From contig JAQGDQ010000365.1 in assembly GCA_030141605.1 (NCBI GenBank), positions 106,643-170,642 of the forward strand: DNA of 64,000 nucleotides, in the 5' to 3' direction. Shown here in pieces: positions 29,872-40,665 of the stretch. The number at the start of each line of letters is the position of its first letter. Position 1 is the stretch's first letter. The stretch is from Tubiluchus corallicola. Taxonomy: Eukaryota; Animalia; Priapulida. Made by a program: the position numbers and the translations under genes. Under the pieces are notes generated by a model. It did no database searches. It was not told where the DNA came from and worked only from the letters and a program-made list of their open reading frames with translations.

Positions 29872-32295
29872 ATGAAGAATCTCTTTATTCTCGTGGTAGC
29901 AGTGCTCACCACATTATCCTGTGGTCGAGGCAGGGTGCAGTTTGAGACAGACAGTTTTATAACAAAGCTCTCTTCCAGTGGCAATTTTACCTCATTTGTT
30001 GATAAGCGGACAGGAGTTGATTATTTTGCGAGAGGGCAAAATGCACCCTTAATGTCTGTAAGAGTTAATAGCAAGCTTGAGGGTCCTTCAAAAATTAATA
30101 TCGACAATAATATTATAACTCTTTTTTATAAGAAGAGTAATGTTGAAGCTATTATAGAAGTAGTGGAAAGGAGTAGTCACATGGTGTTTGAGCTTGTTGA
30201 TATTAATCCTAAGGCGAACATAGAGCTAATCTTATGGGGGCCTTATCCTACCACTATAGGTGAAACAGTAGGCGAGTGTGTTGGGGTTGTCAGAGATAAA
30301 AATTTTGCCATAGGCATACAAGCTCTCAACCCAAAAACAATAGGCGGCTATCCCACAAAGGAGGATGACGTTATGCCTTCATACAATATATTTGAAGGCA
30401 GGTCTGACTATTCCGATGTGGGAGGCGATAAGATGCACCAAGAGCTTTATAGGGGGGATGTGGCCAAGGCAATGGGTTTTGGTAGTGTCCTGCAGGCGTA
30501 TTGCAGGAACAGGAACAACGATAGAGTTATAGAGAATTGGAAGCATGAGAAGTACCTGGCTCCGGCATACGACGATGAAGGTATAATAGGTAGTGGTATT
30601 GCTATTTTTGGAGTCAGCGCTGATGATGCACTGTCTACAATAGGAGAGATAGAGCTTGCAGAAGGGTTGCCACATCCTGTGATAAATGGTGAGTGGGGTA
30701 AGGTGTCAAAAGATGCAACTGCTTCATATTTAATTATCAGATTTGGTGAAAAAGATATACAAAGTGCCATTGATCTGACAAAGCAGGCCGGTTTAAAGTA
30801 TCTCTACCATGGGGGGCCCTTTGCAAATTGGGGAAACTTTGACCTCAAGAAAGATGCTTTCCCGGAAAACTGGAAGAGTATGAAGCGGTGCGTTGATATT
30901 GCAGAGAAACAAGGGGTTTCGCTTGGTGTACACACTTTATCAAATTTTATAACGACGGATGACCCCTACGTAACGCCTGTTCCACACACGGGACTAGCTG
31001 AAGTAGGGACTTCGGTTTTAGTGAAAGATATTGATGAGAAGCAGGTTGAAATTGAGATAGAGAGCCCTGATTTCTTTAATCAGATGGAGAACAATAGCCT
31101 CAAAACTGTCAGAATTGGTAATGAGCTGATTCGCTACAACAGAGTTAGTGAGCAATATCCTTGGATATTGAGTGAATGCCAAAGAGGTGCGTTTGGCACT
31201 AAGGCGGTGGTGCATAGTGCGAATGCAAAGATTGGTAAGCTTATGGATCACCCATATAAGACATTTCTGGCAGATATAGATCTGCAAAAAGAGATGTCGA
31301 CAACTCTGGCTAAGCTATTTAATCAAACAGGGTTGAAGCAGATATCTTTCGATGGGCTTGAGGGGTGCGGGGCATCCGGAATGGGGCAATATGCAAACAT
31401 ATTGTTTGTAAAAAATTGGTATGATAGCCTAATCCCCAAGCTTAAAGGTTCAATAATTGATGCTAGCAGAGCAGGGCACTATTTTTGGCACATTTTCTCC
31501 CGAATGAACTGGGGGGAGCCGTGGTATGCTGGATTTCGGGAAAGCCAGACTCAGTACAGGCTTAAAAATCAAAATTTCTACAGCAGAAATATGATCCCCC
31601 GAATGCTGGGATGGTTTAGTATGAAGCCGGGTACGAGCATAGAGGATGCAGAGTGGCTGTTGGCAAGAGCAGCCGGATTTGATGCTGGATTTGCCCTTGT
31701 AACCTCTGCTGCTATTGTAAACAGAAATGGAAACGGTGAGAAAATACTGGGAGCGATAAAGCAGTGGGAGGCTGCTCGCCACGCAGAAGTATTTCCGGAT
31801 GAGCTAAAAAGAGAGATGCAGGATGTTAATAATGAGTTTCACCTTGAGGCTGTTGGAGAAAAGATGTGGCGGGTTTGTCCTGTGTATGTAAGCCGGTTTG
31901 AACATGCCAAAAAGATACGTCAGCCTGGCGAACCTGTTTTCAGCAAGTTTGATTTCCGGAATAAAGGAGTCAAGGGCCAACTGGAGTTTATTATGCAGGC
32001 TGTTGGCTCTCCTGTCTCAGGTATTAGCATAGAGCTTGACAACCATCGAAAGGTAATGATTCCCGTAAGGCTTCAGGAGAACCAGTATCTGGTCTACAGG
32101 GGTGGTGAAAAAATGACACTTTACACACCGGAATGGCAGGAGGTGGATGAGCTTAAAGTTAATTTTAAAGAGTTTATATGCGAGCCAGGAGAGCATAACT
32201 TAACGGTGGACTGCAAGTTTGAGGCGTCTGGTGATGAAAAGCAGACGCTAAAAATAGAGTTGAGAATAAAGGGGGAGTACCAGAGCTTAAACTAA
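29872..32295 (+). CDS. Uncharacterised 807-aa lipoprotein, probable glycoside-hydrolase-like catalytic domain
   Basis: Lipobox TLS-C. Central region LGVHTLSNF...QISFDGLEG suggests a GH-type TIM barrel (inference). Confidence 0.55.
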   Translation: MKNLFILVVAVLTTLSCGRGRVQFETDSFITKLSSSGNFTSFVDKRTGVDYFARGQNAPLMSVRVNSKLEGPSKINIDNNIITLFYKKSNVEAIIEVVERSSHMVFELVDINPKANIELILWGPYPTTIGETVGECVGVVRDKNFAIGIQALNPKTIGGYPTKEDDVMPSYNIFEGRSDYSDVGGDKMHQELYRGDVAKAMGFGSVLQAYCRNRNNDRVIENWKHEKYLAPAYDDEGIIGSGIAIFGVSADDALSTIGEIELAEGLPHPVINGEWGKVSKDATASYLIIRFGEKDIQSAIDLTKQAGLKYLYHGGPFANWGNFDLKKDAFPENWKSMKRCVDIAEKQGVSLGVHTLSNFITTDDPYVTPVPHTGLAEVGTSVLVKDIDEKQVEIEIESPDFFNQMENNSLKTVRIGNELIRYNRVSEQYPWILSECQRGAFGTKAVVHSANAKIGKLMDHPYKTFLADIDLQKEMSTTLAKLFNQTGLKQISFDGLEGCGASGMGQYANILFVKNWYDSLIPKLKGSIIDASRAGHYFWHIFSRMNWGEPWYAGFRESQTQYRLKNQNFYSRNMIPRMLGWFSMKPGTSIEDAEWLLARAAGFDAGFALVTSAAIVNRNGNGEKILGAIKQWEAARHAEVFPDELKREMQDVNNEFHLEAVGEKMWRVCPVYVSRFEHAKKIRQPGEPVFSKFDFRNKGVKGQLEFIMQAVGSPVSGISIELDNHRKVMIPVRLQENQYLVYRGGEKMTLYTPEWQEVDELKVNFKEFICEPGEHNLTVDCKFEASGDEKQTLKIELRIKGEYQSLN

Positions 32296-32298
32296 AGG

Positions 32299-32406
32299 TG
32301 TCTTGTCCTAAAATAGGTTTACACTAAAACGTGTAAAAATGAAGAGAAGCTGTAAACATAAACTAGGATTAAGAGTTAACCTGTAACCTTTTTTTAGGAC
32401 GAGTCA
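32299..32406. mobile_element. 108-bp IS3-family-derived MITE
   Basis: TG...CA ends with 25-bp imperfect IR tgtcttgtcctaaaataggtttaca / tgtaacctttttttaggacgagtca. Confidence 0.7.
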
Positions 32407-32886
32407 TTTTTGACTTAGAGTGCAATAAACTCCTCCGGAGGCTTAAAAAAAAGTGTACAGTTCGTATTGACGATTATACAGTTGTTTTTGAGGTAGTGCA
32501 AAAGAGGTAAAATCAAGGATGTAAAGGGTTTTATTTACGCCCTTTTGTCGAGCCCAAGATTAAATTTGTAAGTGCTTTTGATGAGAAACCACGCTGTCGG
32601 CTTCATGATCTTCTCAAAAGCTCGCCGTTTTAAAAAAGACTCAAACAGTGAAAAGTTTTTTTTAAAACGCCTTTCACTGTCTTTCTATCAAAGGCCTTAA
32701 AGGGGGTAGTTACAGAGTTTGTAAGGTTCATTTGATTCTGATTTGATGATTTTCCTATTTTACTCTGTAAGGCTTTGCACGGAAGCTACAATAATCCTTG
32801 CAGTTTAGGACACAATAATTCGCTAAGTTTTCAGTTTTATATTGTTGATATTAAATACATTAGGATTGATTTAAGGAGTGGGCTAT
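32407..32886 (+). repeat. Dispersed non-coding repeat/MITE, copy 2 (longest)
   Basis: 3' part matches 29453-29822. 5' part matches the reverse complement of 35170-35250. Confidence 0.75.
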
Positions 32887-32929
32887 ATAGAATATTGCTG
32901 TCTGTGTTTGTATAGCCTTGTAAATAAGG

Positions 32930-33742
32930 TTAGTAGTCGTCGGCTTTTAGTCTTACATCTTTCTCTCTCTTTCTCTTTTCGAGATTGTACTTTTTTATCA
33001 GGAATGCTTGATACCTTCCTATTATAATATCTTTTTCATTCGTTGTTACTATCTGTTTTGATTGCATCTTTCCTACAACTACCGGTGCACCATATAGCAC
33101 GGAATATGTCCTATTTGAGCTGTAAGGGGAGCTTGATATCATTAAAGAGTTGGAGGGGTTAGCTCTAAAGCCACTGTACTCAGCACGTACCTCATGCTTC
33201 TGAAAAGTATTCCTGGCATTCATGTCAGCATCAAACACTTTTGGCGATTTAGTAAGCCCCTGCATAACTGCATTATTAATATTATTTCTGGCATTGTCTG
33301 CCATTTGTGTCGATGGGGGAATATTTTGGACTTCTGTGTATAGGTGATATGGTATACGCGGAAATATAACTATTTCATCAATTTGCATTGTGTCCTGAGA
33401 CATAAATATGCCCATAAGGTACTCCATGGTGTCCAATGTATCAACAGGAAGAGTTATCTCTACCTCTTTGTACCCTATATGGGTATACCTGATCAGATCT
33501 CCGGGCTTCCCCGAGAGAAAGAACCTGCCCTCATTATCAGATGTTCCTGTTAACCTGTTATTTATTGTAAATCCGGATTGGGAGAGTGGCAGCATTGTTG
33601 TTTTGTCATAAACAACTCCTGTTACATAGACACTTTTGTTAAAAGTGCTATCGGCATTTTGCCCTTTTGCTGTCCATGCTGGTCCATGCAATACTGCTCC
33701 AAACATAAAAGCAATAATCTTAATACTTATACATCTTTTCAT
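32930..33742 (-). CDS. Secreted protein with CarboxypepD_reg-like domain
   Basis: Signal peptide. VTGVVYDKTT..PL, GT.S..EGRF and HIGYKE motifs. Confidence 0.65.
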   Translation of the reverse strand: MKRCISIKIIAFMFGAVLHGPAWTAKGQNADSTFNKSVYVTGVVYDKTTMLPLSQSGFTINNRLTGTSDNEGRFFLSGKPGDLIRYTHIGYKEVEITLPVDTLDTMEYLMGIFMSQDTMQIDEIVIFPRIPYHLYTEVQNIPPSTQMADNARNNINNAVMQGLTKSPKVFDADMNARNTFQKHEVRAEYSGFRANPSNSLMISSSPYSSNRTYSVLYGAPVVVGKMQSKQIVTTNEKDIIIGRYQAFLIKKYNLEKRKREKDVRLKADDY

Positions 33743-33760
33743 CAGCTTATATAAATTTGG

Positions 33761-34162
33761 TGATTATCCGTATTTACAACTAAATGCATTTTTACTACTC
33801 ACAGGAGCTGCCAATTGTTTACACATAGCCTCCCGAAAAGCCTGTGATCCATGTGCCAAATCAGGACATAGCGCTTGCGCCACGGCTGACGCTGAACCTT
33901 TTCGGGCTGAGAAACTCTTTTTTGTCGAAGTTAACAAATGCATTGTGAGAAACCAATAGTGATATGGTAGCTTCGACTTATACATGATTGTACCACTCTC
34001 AAGGTTGTGCTAGTGTGACAATTCTTACACTCATGCTGTGCCTTTCCAGTAGTGAGATATTCCTCTGCATCTGACACATATGACTCCTGCCTGATCTTCT
34101 TTAAACTTGTGCTTACAACTCTCTTCGTCCGGATAGTGAGATATAAGGCTTACAAGGGTCAT
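33761..34162 (-). pseudogene. IS1595-family transposase relic (internally deleted, frameshifted)
   Basis: Minus strand reads MTLVSLISHYPDEESCK..ICVRC..HYW..ECKNC..TIMYKSKLPYHYWFLTMHLLTSTKKSFSA (Zn-ribbon N-terminus). Ends near cggataatca. Confidence 0.8.
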
Positions 34163-34249
34163 AGTATTGTAAAGATAAAAACTTATAGTAAAATGTGTGG
34201 GTAAAACCGCTTATTTAAACAATTAAGTGTAGCTATATTTCTGGCAGTT

Positions 34250-34955
34250 ATGCTATTTGCCAGTCTCTGTAATGGGATGGGGAAGGTAGGGGGTGGAAAG
34301 TGATAACCCTCGACTGAAAACTGGCAATAGTCTTTTTAGGGTGCCAGATGCTAATTTTAGGCTTGCACTAAAAAAGGTAAGTTCCCTAATTGCTTTCACC
34401 CTCAATGATAGTCTGACAGCAGACCATGCGGATGTGTTGGCTGCCGCTTCTATAGATGTATGTGGCAAGAACATTGATTCTTTAGATGGGATATAGTTTT
34501 TGACCTCTTTGGAGGGTTTCTCGCTATGAGAACAATCTTACAAGTTTGGATGTAAGTAATAATACAGCATTAGTTGTGTTGAGTTGCAGGGATAACGATC
34601 TTACGAGCTTGGATATAAGTAATAATACAACCTTGTTTGATTTGGGTTGCTATGGCAATAACCTTACGAGTTTGGACGTAAGTAATAACCCACTTTAACT
34701 ATGTTGGCTTGCTATGACAACAACTTTACGAGTTTGGATGTGAGTAATAATACAGCATTAGCTGTGTTGAGTTGCAGGGATAACGATCTTACGAGCTTGG
34801 ATGTAAGTAATAATACAAACTTAAGTACACTGCATGTAGATGAAGATATAAAGTGTGAACCTTCTATTGTAGAGTTAAACCCTATCAATTGCTACTATTG
34901 GGATGGAACCCAAAGCCGTCCTATTAAATATCACCCTGCTGCAGACTGCCCTTAG
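34250..34955 (+). pseudogene. Leucine-rich-repeat (21-aa LTSLDVSNNTAL type) surface protein pseudogene
   Basis: N-cap VPDANFRLAL...IDSLDGI, then TAG at 34494-34496 and frameshifts. About five 63-bp repeats. Confidence 0.8.
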
Positions 34956-34979
34956 TAGAAGAAAAAGTAAACTATGAAC

Positions 34980-35018
34980 TTAAAAAGTCGTGTTGTTTCG
35001 TGCAGCACGGCTTTTTAA
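34980..35018 (+). terminator. Intrinsic terminator
   Basis: ttaaaaagtcgtgttg...cagcacggctttttaa stem. Confidence 0.7.
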
Positions 35019-35026
35019 GGGTTATA

Positions 35027-35250
35027 TTGTAAATTCCGTGCAAAGCCTTGCAGGTTAAGATAGGAAAATCGTCAAATCAAAATCAGATGAACCTAACAAA
35101 CTCTGCGAAATAGAAAAACGGCCTTTACAGACTTGATTTTTGGCTCTTTTGTATCAAGAGAATACTACTTCAAACAACTATATAATCGCCAATACGAACT
35201 GTACATTTTTTTTAAGCCTCTGGAGGGGTTTATTGCATTCTAGGTCAAAA
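35027..35250 (-). repeat. Dispersed non-coding repeat, copy 3 (inverted, internally deleted)
   Basis: Reverse complement matches 32407-32495 and 32710-32792. Confidence 0.75.
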
Positions 35251-35790
35251 TATACAAATAGTAAACTTTTATCTCAACAAAAATTAATTCTTAAGGGGTG
35301 ACTGTTTAAAAAAAGAGGTGGAAAATACTTATCCTTTAATATTAGAATTGCCAACTGCCATTTTTTTACTTCTTTACTCTGCTGGAATCTTATAGGGTTT
35401 ATTTTTTCACACGTAATATATGAGTTTTGGAGCGGTTTATGGATACTTTTGTTAATGTTGTATTTGTAAAGTCATCATTCCCCCACTTTACTTTAGGTTC
35501 TTAAAATGTCACACATTTTTTTAGTAGTCATAGTTTTAACATGTGTTTATTGTTTAATGTTTCATAGCTGCATTATTAAATATATGCCATTTTGCATTGG
35601 CAATGTTTCAAATTCCCTCTATTTTTTTTAATTTCCACCTTCTTTTACCGAAGATATAACTTTTGCGTAGGTAGGCCATCTCTGGCGTAATACGCTGCAG
35701 AGTCTGTTTTGAGTTTGTCGCTTTTTTACGGTGAGGGTCTATAAGTCTACTGGATAGTATAGATTGTTTTTTAATAAACTTGTTTAAATT

Positions 35791-37272
35791 ATGTTTTTGC
35801 TCGGCCTTGATATAGGAAGCTCTTCTGTGAAAGCTTCAGTTTTGAATGGAGAGAGTGGAGAGGTTGTGGGTTCTTCCTTTTATCCTAAGCAGGAGATGGG
35901 TATTATTGCGGACAACCCTGGGTGGGCAGAGCAGCATCCTGAGACCTGGTGGAAGAGTCTGGTATTTGCGACAAGGGAAGCTGTTGCTACTTCGGCTGTA
36001 AAGAAGGAGGATATTGGCGCAATAGGCATATCCTATCAGATGCATGGGTTAGTGGTTATAGATAAAGAGCAAAGTGTATTGCGTCCTTCTATTATATGGT
36101 GTGATAGCCGTGCGGCAGAGATTGGGCAAAAGGCGTTTGAGGGTATGGGTGAGGATAATTGTCTTGTGGAGCTATTGAATTCACCGGGCAATTTTACGGC
36201 TTCAAAGCTGAAGTGGGTAAAAGATAATGAACCTGAGCTTTTTGATAAGATATACAAGGTAATGCTTCCTGGGGATTATATAGCCATGCGTCTTACAGGA
36301 GAGGTTTGCACTACCGCTTCGGGATTATCAGAAGGTATTTTTTGGGATTTCGGGAAAAATAAGGTGTCGGGGAGGCTAATGGGTTACTATGGTTTTGAAG
36401 ATGGGCTGATACCGGAGATAAGAGAGACCTTTAGTATTCAGGGGGGAGTTTCAGGAGCTGCTGCTAGTGAGCTTGGGCTTAAAGCTGGTACTCCGATATC
36501 TTACAGAGCAGGAGATCAGCCAAATAATGCATTCTCATTAAATGTGCTTAACCCCGGCGACATTGCAACAACGGCAGGCACATCGGGAGTTGTATATGGA
36601 GTGAGTGATGTTGTGAAGTACGATTCAGAGTCGAGGATAAACACCTTTGCACATGTCAACCACACTGTGGATAGTATACGTCTAGGGGTTTTGCTGTGTA
36701 TCAATGGTACCGGAATATTGAATTCGTGGTTGAATAAGAATGTTGGCAACGGAGCCTTTTCATACGAAAGGATGAACAGTGAGGCTGCTAAGGTTACAGT
36801 TGGTTCGGAGGGGGTATCAATTCTCCCTTTTGGAAATGGAGCGGAGCGTGTGTTGGGGAATCACAATATGGGTGCGCATATTTCCGGGCTTAATTTTAAC
36901 ACTCACAAGCAGGGGCACCTATTTCGTGCTGCCCAGGAGGGTATCGCTTTTTCTTTTAAGTATGGTATGGAGGTGATGAAGAGTATAGGGGTGTGCTCTA
37001 AAGTGATACGTGCAGGAAAGGCCAATATGTTTTTAAGTCCTATATTTAGGGAGACGCTGGCCAATGTTACTGGTACAGTTATAGAGTTGTACAATACAGA
37101 TGGGGCTGCTGGTGCTGCACGTGGGGCCGGTATTGGAGTAGGGTACTACTCTTCATTTGAAGAGGCACTTGCGGGATTGAGCAGGCTGGAGGTTGTGGAG
37201 CCTTTGGAGCGACAAAAGAGGGCAACTGAAGATGCATATATGGCGTGGGAAGAGTTACTAGCTGAGAGGTGA
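35791..37272 (+). CDS. xylB: Xylulokinase (FGGY family)
   Basis: LGLDIGSSSVK, GISYQMHG, IIWCD, AGDQ motifs. Adjacent to xylA. Confidence 0.92.
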   Translation: MFLLGLDIGSSSVKASVLNGESGEVVGSSFYPKQEMGIIADNPGWAEQHPETWWKSLVFATREAVATSAVKKEDIGAIGISYQMHGLVVIDKEQSVLRPSIIWCDSRAAEIGQKAFEGMGEDNCLVELLNSPGNFTASKLKWVKDNEPELFDKIYKVMLPGDYIAMRLTGEVCTTASGLSEGIFWDFGKNKVSGRLMGYYGFEDGLIPEIRETFSIQGGVSGAAASELGLKAGTPISYRAGDQPNNAFSLNVLNPGDIATTAGTSGVVYGVSDVVKYDSESRINTFAHVNHTVDSIRLGVLLCINGTGILNSWLNKNVGNGAFSYERMNSEAAKVTVGSEGVSILPFGNGAERVLGNHNMGAHISGLNFNTHKQGHLFRAAQEGIAFSFKYGMEVMKSIGVCSKVIRAGKANMFLSPIFRETLANVTGTVIELYNTDGAAGAARGAGIGVGYYSSFEEALAGLSRLEVVEPLERQKRATEDAYMAWEELLAER

Positions 37273-37366
37273 ATATTTTGTCCTGTACCGGCTATTTTAT
37301 AATAGATATATGAAGAGTCGAAATAGTTATATACAAGAAAGCTAATCAAATTAATTATAAAATATT

Positions 37367-38692
37367 ATGAGTGTATTTAAAGGAAATAAGGAGTACTTCC
37401 CGGGCGTAGGAAAAATTGAGTTTGAGGGCCCTGAATCGAGAAATCCGCTGGCTTTTAAATGGTATAAAGAAGATCGCATTGTTGCCGGAAAAACGATGAA
37501 GGAGCATTTACGCTTTGCTGTAGCTTACTGGCATACATTCTGTGGGGAAGGGGGTGATCCTTTTGGTCCTGGGACAAAGGTTTTTCCGTGGAACAGTGCC
37601 TCCGATCCAATGGATTTGGCTAAAGAGAAGCTGGATGCGGCATTTGAATTTATAACAAAGATAGGTATTCCGTTCTACTGCTTTCATGATACAGATATAG
37701 TGGGGGACGGCACTGTCTTCGATATCGAAAAGCGCATGTATGCAATTCAGCCTGAGATGAAAGCCCGCCAGAGTGCGTCAGGGGTCAGGCTACTGTGGGG
37801 TACAGCCAATGTATTTTCAAATCCGAGGTATATGAACGGAGCTTCCACAAATCCGGATTTTAATGTGCTGGCAAATGCGGCAGTACAAGTTAAGAATGCG
37901 ATAGATATCACAATTGCTCTGGGTGGGACAGGTTATGTGTTTTGGGGAGGGCGTGAAGGGTATAGTAGCCTTCATAATACCGATACGAAGCGTGAACTGG
38001 AGCACATGGGGCGTTTCCTTACTATGGCGCGCGATTATGCGCGTAGGCAGGGGTTCGAGGGAGTATTTCTTGTAGAGCCTAAGCCGATGGAGCCAACAAA
38101 GCATCAGTATGATTTTGATTCACAGACTGTTATTGGGTTTTTGCGCCAGTATGGACTTGATAAAGACTTTAAGTTGAATATTGAGGTTAATCATGCTACG
38201 CTGGCAGGGCACTCTTTTGCACATGAGCTGCGTATGGCTGCTGATGCCGGACTGTTAGGGTCTATTGACGCCAATAAGGGAGATTATCAGAATGGGTGGG
38301 ATACTGACGAGTTTCCTACCAACATATATGAGGTAACTGAGGCAATGCTTGAAATTATACAGGCTGGGGGATTTTCAGATGGCGGTATAAACTTTGATGC
38401 AAAAACCCGTAGAAGCTCCACTGACCTCAAAGACATTTTTATTTCTCATATTACCGGGATGGATGTTTTTGCCCGCGCACTACTTGTTGCAGACAGCCTA
38501 ATGGCGGAGTCGGATTACACAGAGCGTCGTAAGCAGCGTTATTCATCATATGATAGCGGTAGTGGAGTTGATTTTGAGAATGGCAGGTTATCATTTGAAG
38601 ACCTTCATAAGATTGCCAAAGAAGTGGGTGAGCCTGCACAGGTCAGTGGAAAGCAAGAGCTTTTTGAACAGATGATTAACTGGTTTATATAA
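37367..38692 (+). CDS. xylA: Xylose isomerase (class II)
   Basis: [35 protein letters not shown] motifs. Confidence 0.97.
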   Translation: MSVFKGNKEYFPGVGKIEFEGPESRNPLAFKWYKEDRIVAGKTMKEHLRFAVAYWHTFCGEGGDPFGPGTKVFPWNSASDPMDLAKEKLDAAFEFITKIGIPFYCFHDTDIVGDGTVFDIEKRMYAIQPEMKARQSASGVRLLWGTANVFSNPRYMNGASTNPDFNVLANAAVQVKNAIDITIALGGTGYVFWGGREGYSSLHNTDTKRELEHMGRFLTMARDYARRQGFEGVFLVEPKPMEPTKHQYDFDSQTVIGFLRQYGLDKDFKLNIEVNHATLAGHSFAHELRMAADAGLLGSIDANKGDYQNGWDTDEFPTNIYEVTEAMLEIIQAGGFSDGGINFDAKTRRSSTDLKDIFISHITGMDVFARALLVADSLMAESDYTERRKQRYSSYDSGSGVDFENGRLSFEDLHKIAKEVGEPAQVSGKQELFEQMINWFI

Positions 38693-38883
38693 GATTGTAC
38701 TCAAATGGTGAGTTTTTATCAATTCTACCTAAGGGGTATGAATAACTACCGAAAGCAGTACATTATGAAATTTTGATAGATAATACCATGTTTGAGTAAG
38801 GTGCACTAACAGGTGTTAGCAGTTTGGTAGTTTAATTTTTTATGAGTTGCTTATTTAAATGTGGATGATATACAATAATTTAT

Positions 38884-40608
38884 ATGCATAAGGAGTGGGA
38901 GTTAAAACAGGTGGAGGGTGGCAATGATGCCAAGCATCTTTCTGCTGCATTGAATATTGATATTGCTATTGCCAATCTATTGGTTCACCGTGGAGTGAGG
39001 ACATTTGATGAGGCCCGCTCATTTTTTCGTCCCGAAATTACACATCTTCACGACCCTTTTTTAATGAAAGAGATGGAGAAGGCTGTTTGGCGTATTCAAA
39101 AAGCTGTTGAAGGTAATGAGAAAGTGTTAGTTTTTGGTGACTATGATGTTGATGGAATCACATCGGTTGCCATGATGTACACATTTCTGAAAGATAAAGT
39201 TTCTAATATTGGATATTATATTCCTGATCGCTATACTGAGGGGTATGGTGTTTCATTAAAGGGGGTTGAGTTTGCAAAGGAGAATGGATATTCGCTTATG
39301 ATTGTACTTGATTGCGGTATAAAAGCGGTGGGTGAAGTTGCACAGGCAAATAGTGTTGGGGTTGATGTAATAATTTGCGATCATCATACTCCAGGGGATG
39401 AAATGCCTAATGCTGTTGCAATATTAAATCCTAAACAACCCGGATGCGAATACCCATACAAAGAGTTGTCGGGTTGTGGTGTGGCTTTTAAACTACTGCA
39501 GGCTTTTTGTATAAGGCGGGATATCCCGGAGGAGGTATTTTTAAACTTTCTTGACCTGGTAGTAGTAAGTATAGCGTCTGATATTGTCACTATCACAGGG
39601 GAGAATAGAGTGCTGGCTTATTATGGTTTGAAGAAATTAAATTCTGATCCGTCGGTTGGATTAAAGGCTCTGATAATACAGTCAGGAATAAACAGCCGCA
39701 TAAAGATAAATGATATCGTATTTAGAATAGGACCTCGCCTAAATGCCTCTGGTCGAATCAAACATGGGAAAAAATCTGTAGAGATGCTTCTGGCAGAGGA
39801 TGAGGGCAGGGCTACTGCAATAGGGAAAGAGATAGATTTGTGCAATGAAGCCAGAAAAGCACTTGATAGGAGCATTACTGAGGAAGCGCGGGAAATGCTT
39901 GATAGTTGCAATGAGCTTCAGTACAAAAAATCAACAGTTCTGCACAAGGCAGGATGGAATAAGGGTGTATTGGGAATTGTTGCTTCGCGGTTAACAGAAT
40001 ATTACTATCGTCCCACTGTAGTTTTGGCAGAGTCGAATGGTGTGGCTACAGGTTCGGCACGTACAGTTAATGGGTTTGATCTGTATGAAGCCATTGATTC
40101 CTGCTCCGAGCTACTGGATTCATATGGAGGGCATATGTATGCGGCGGGACTATCACTGAAGCTTAAGCACCTACCTGAGTTTAAGATAAGGTTTGAAAAA
40201 TTTGTGGAAGATAATATAGAGAAGCATCAGTTGACCCAAAGGATAGAAGTTGATGCAAAAGTATCACTGTCAGACCTGACCCCTAAGTTTTTTCGCATAC
40301 TGAGGCAGTTTGAGCCTTTCGGGCCAGGCAATATGAGGCCTGTGTTTATAACGGAGGATGTTATGGATTCCGGCAACAGTCGTTTAGTGGGGCAAGGAAA
40401 TAAGCATTTAAAACTGGATTTGATAGAGGCCAATAGCTCTTCTACTGTATTTGCGGGAATTGCTTTTTCGCAGTCAGAGCATTTTGAAACGATAAAGAAG
40501 TCACTGCCTTTTAATATCTGCTACGTGATATCTGAGAATGAGTTTCGCGGCAAATCGTATGTGCAGATGGACGTACGCGACATTCACATTCGCTCCGGGC
40601 AGAGATAA
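38884..40608 (+). CDS. recJ: ssDNA-specific exonuclease RecJ
   Basis: GDYDVDG, EGYG, CDHH, PRLNASGR, GGH..AAG, PFGPGN motifs. Confidence 0.95.
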   Translation: MHKEWELKQVEGGNDAKHLSAALNIDIAIANLLVHRGVRTFDEARSFFRPEITHLHDPFLMKEMEKAVWRIQKAVEGNEKVLVFGDYDVDGITSVAMMYTFLKDKVSNIGYYIPDRYTEGYGVSLKGVEFAKENGYSLMIVLDCGIKAVGEVAQANSVGVDVIICDHHTPGDEMPNAVAILNPKQPGCEYPYKELSGCGVAFKLLQAFCIRRDIPEEVFLNFLDLVVVSIASDIVTITGENRVLAYYGLKKLNSDPSVGLKALIIQSGINSRIKINDIVFRIGPRLNASGRIKHGKKSVEMLLAEDEGRATAIGKEIDLCNEARKALDRSITEEAREMLDSCNELQYKKSTVLHKAGWNKGVLGIVASRLTEYYYRPTVVLAESNGVATGSARTVNGFDLYEAIDSCSELLDSYGGHMYAAGLSLKLKHLPEFKIRFEKFVEDNIEKHQLTQRIEVDAKVSLSDLTPKFFRILRQFEPFGPGNMRPVFITEDVMDSGNSRLVGQGNKHLKLDLIEANSSSTVFAGIAFSQSEHFETIKKSLPFNICYVISENEFRGKSYVQMDVRDIHIRSGQR

Positions 40609-40624
40609 GGTTTTATGACAAGAG

Positions 40625-40635
40625 NNNNNNNNNNN
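40625..40635. other. Scaffold gap (11 N)
   Basis: Run of n in the sequence. Confidence 1.
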
Positions 40636-40665
40636 AGGGTTTGGCTATTTATAGCTGGACCCTTT

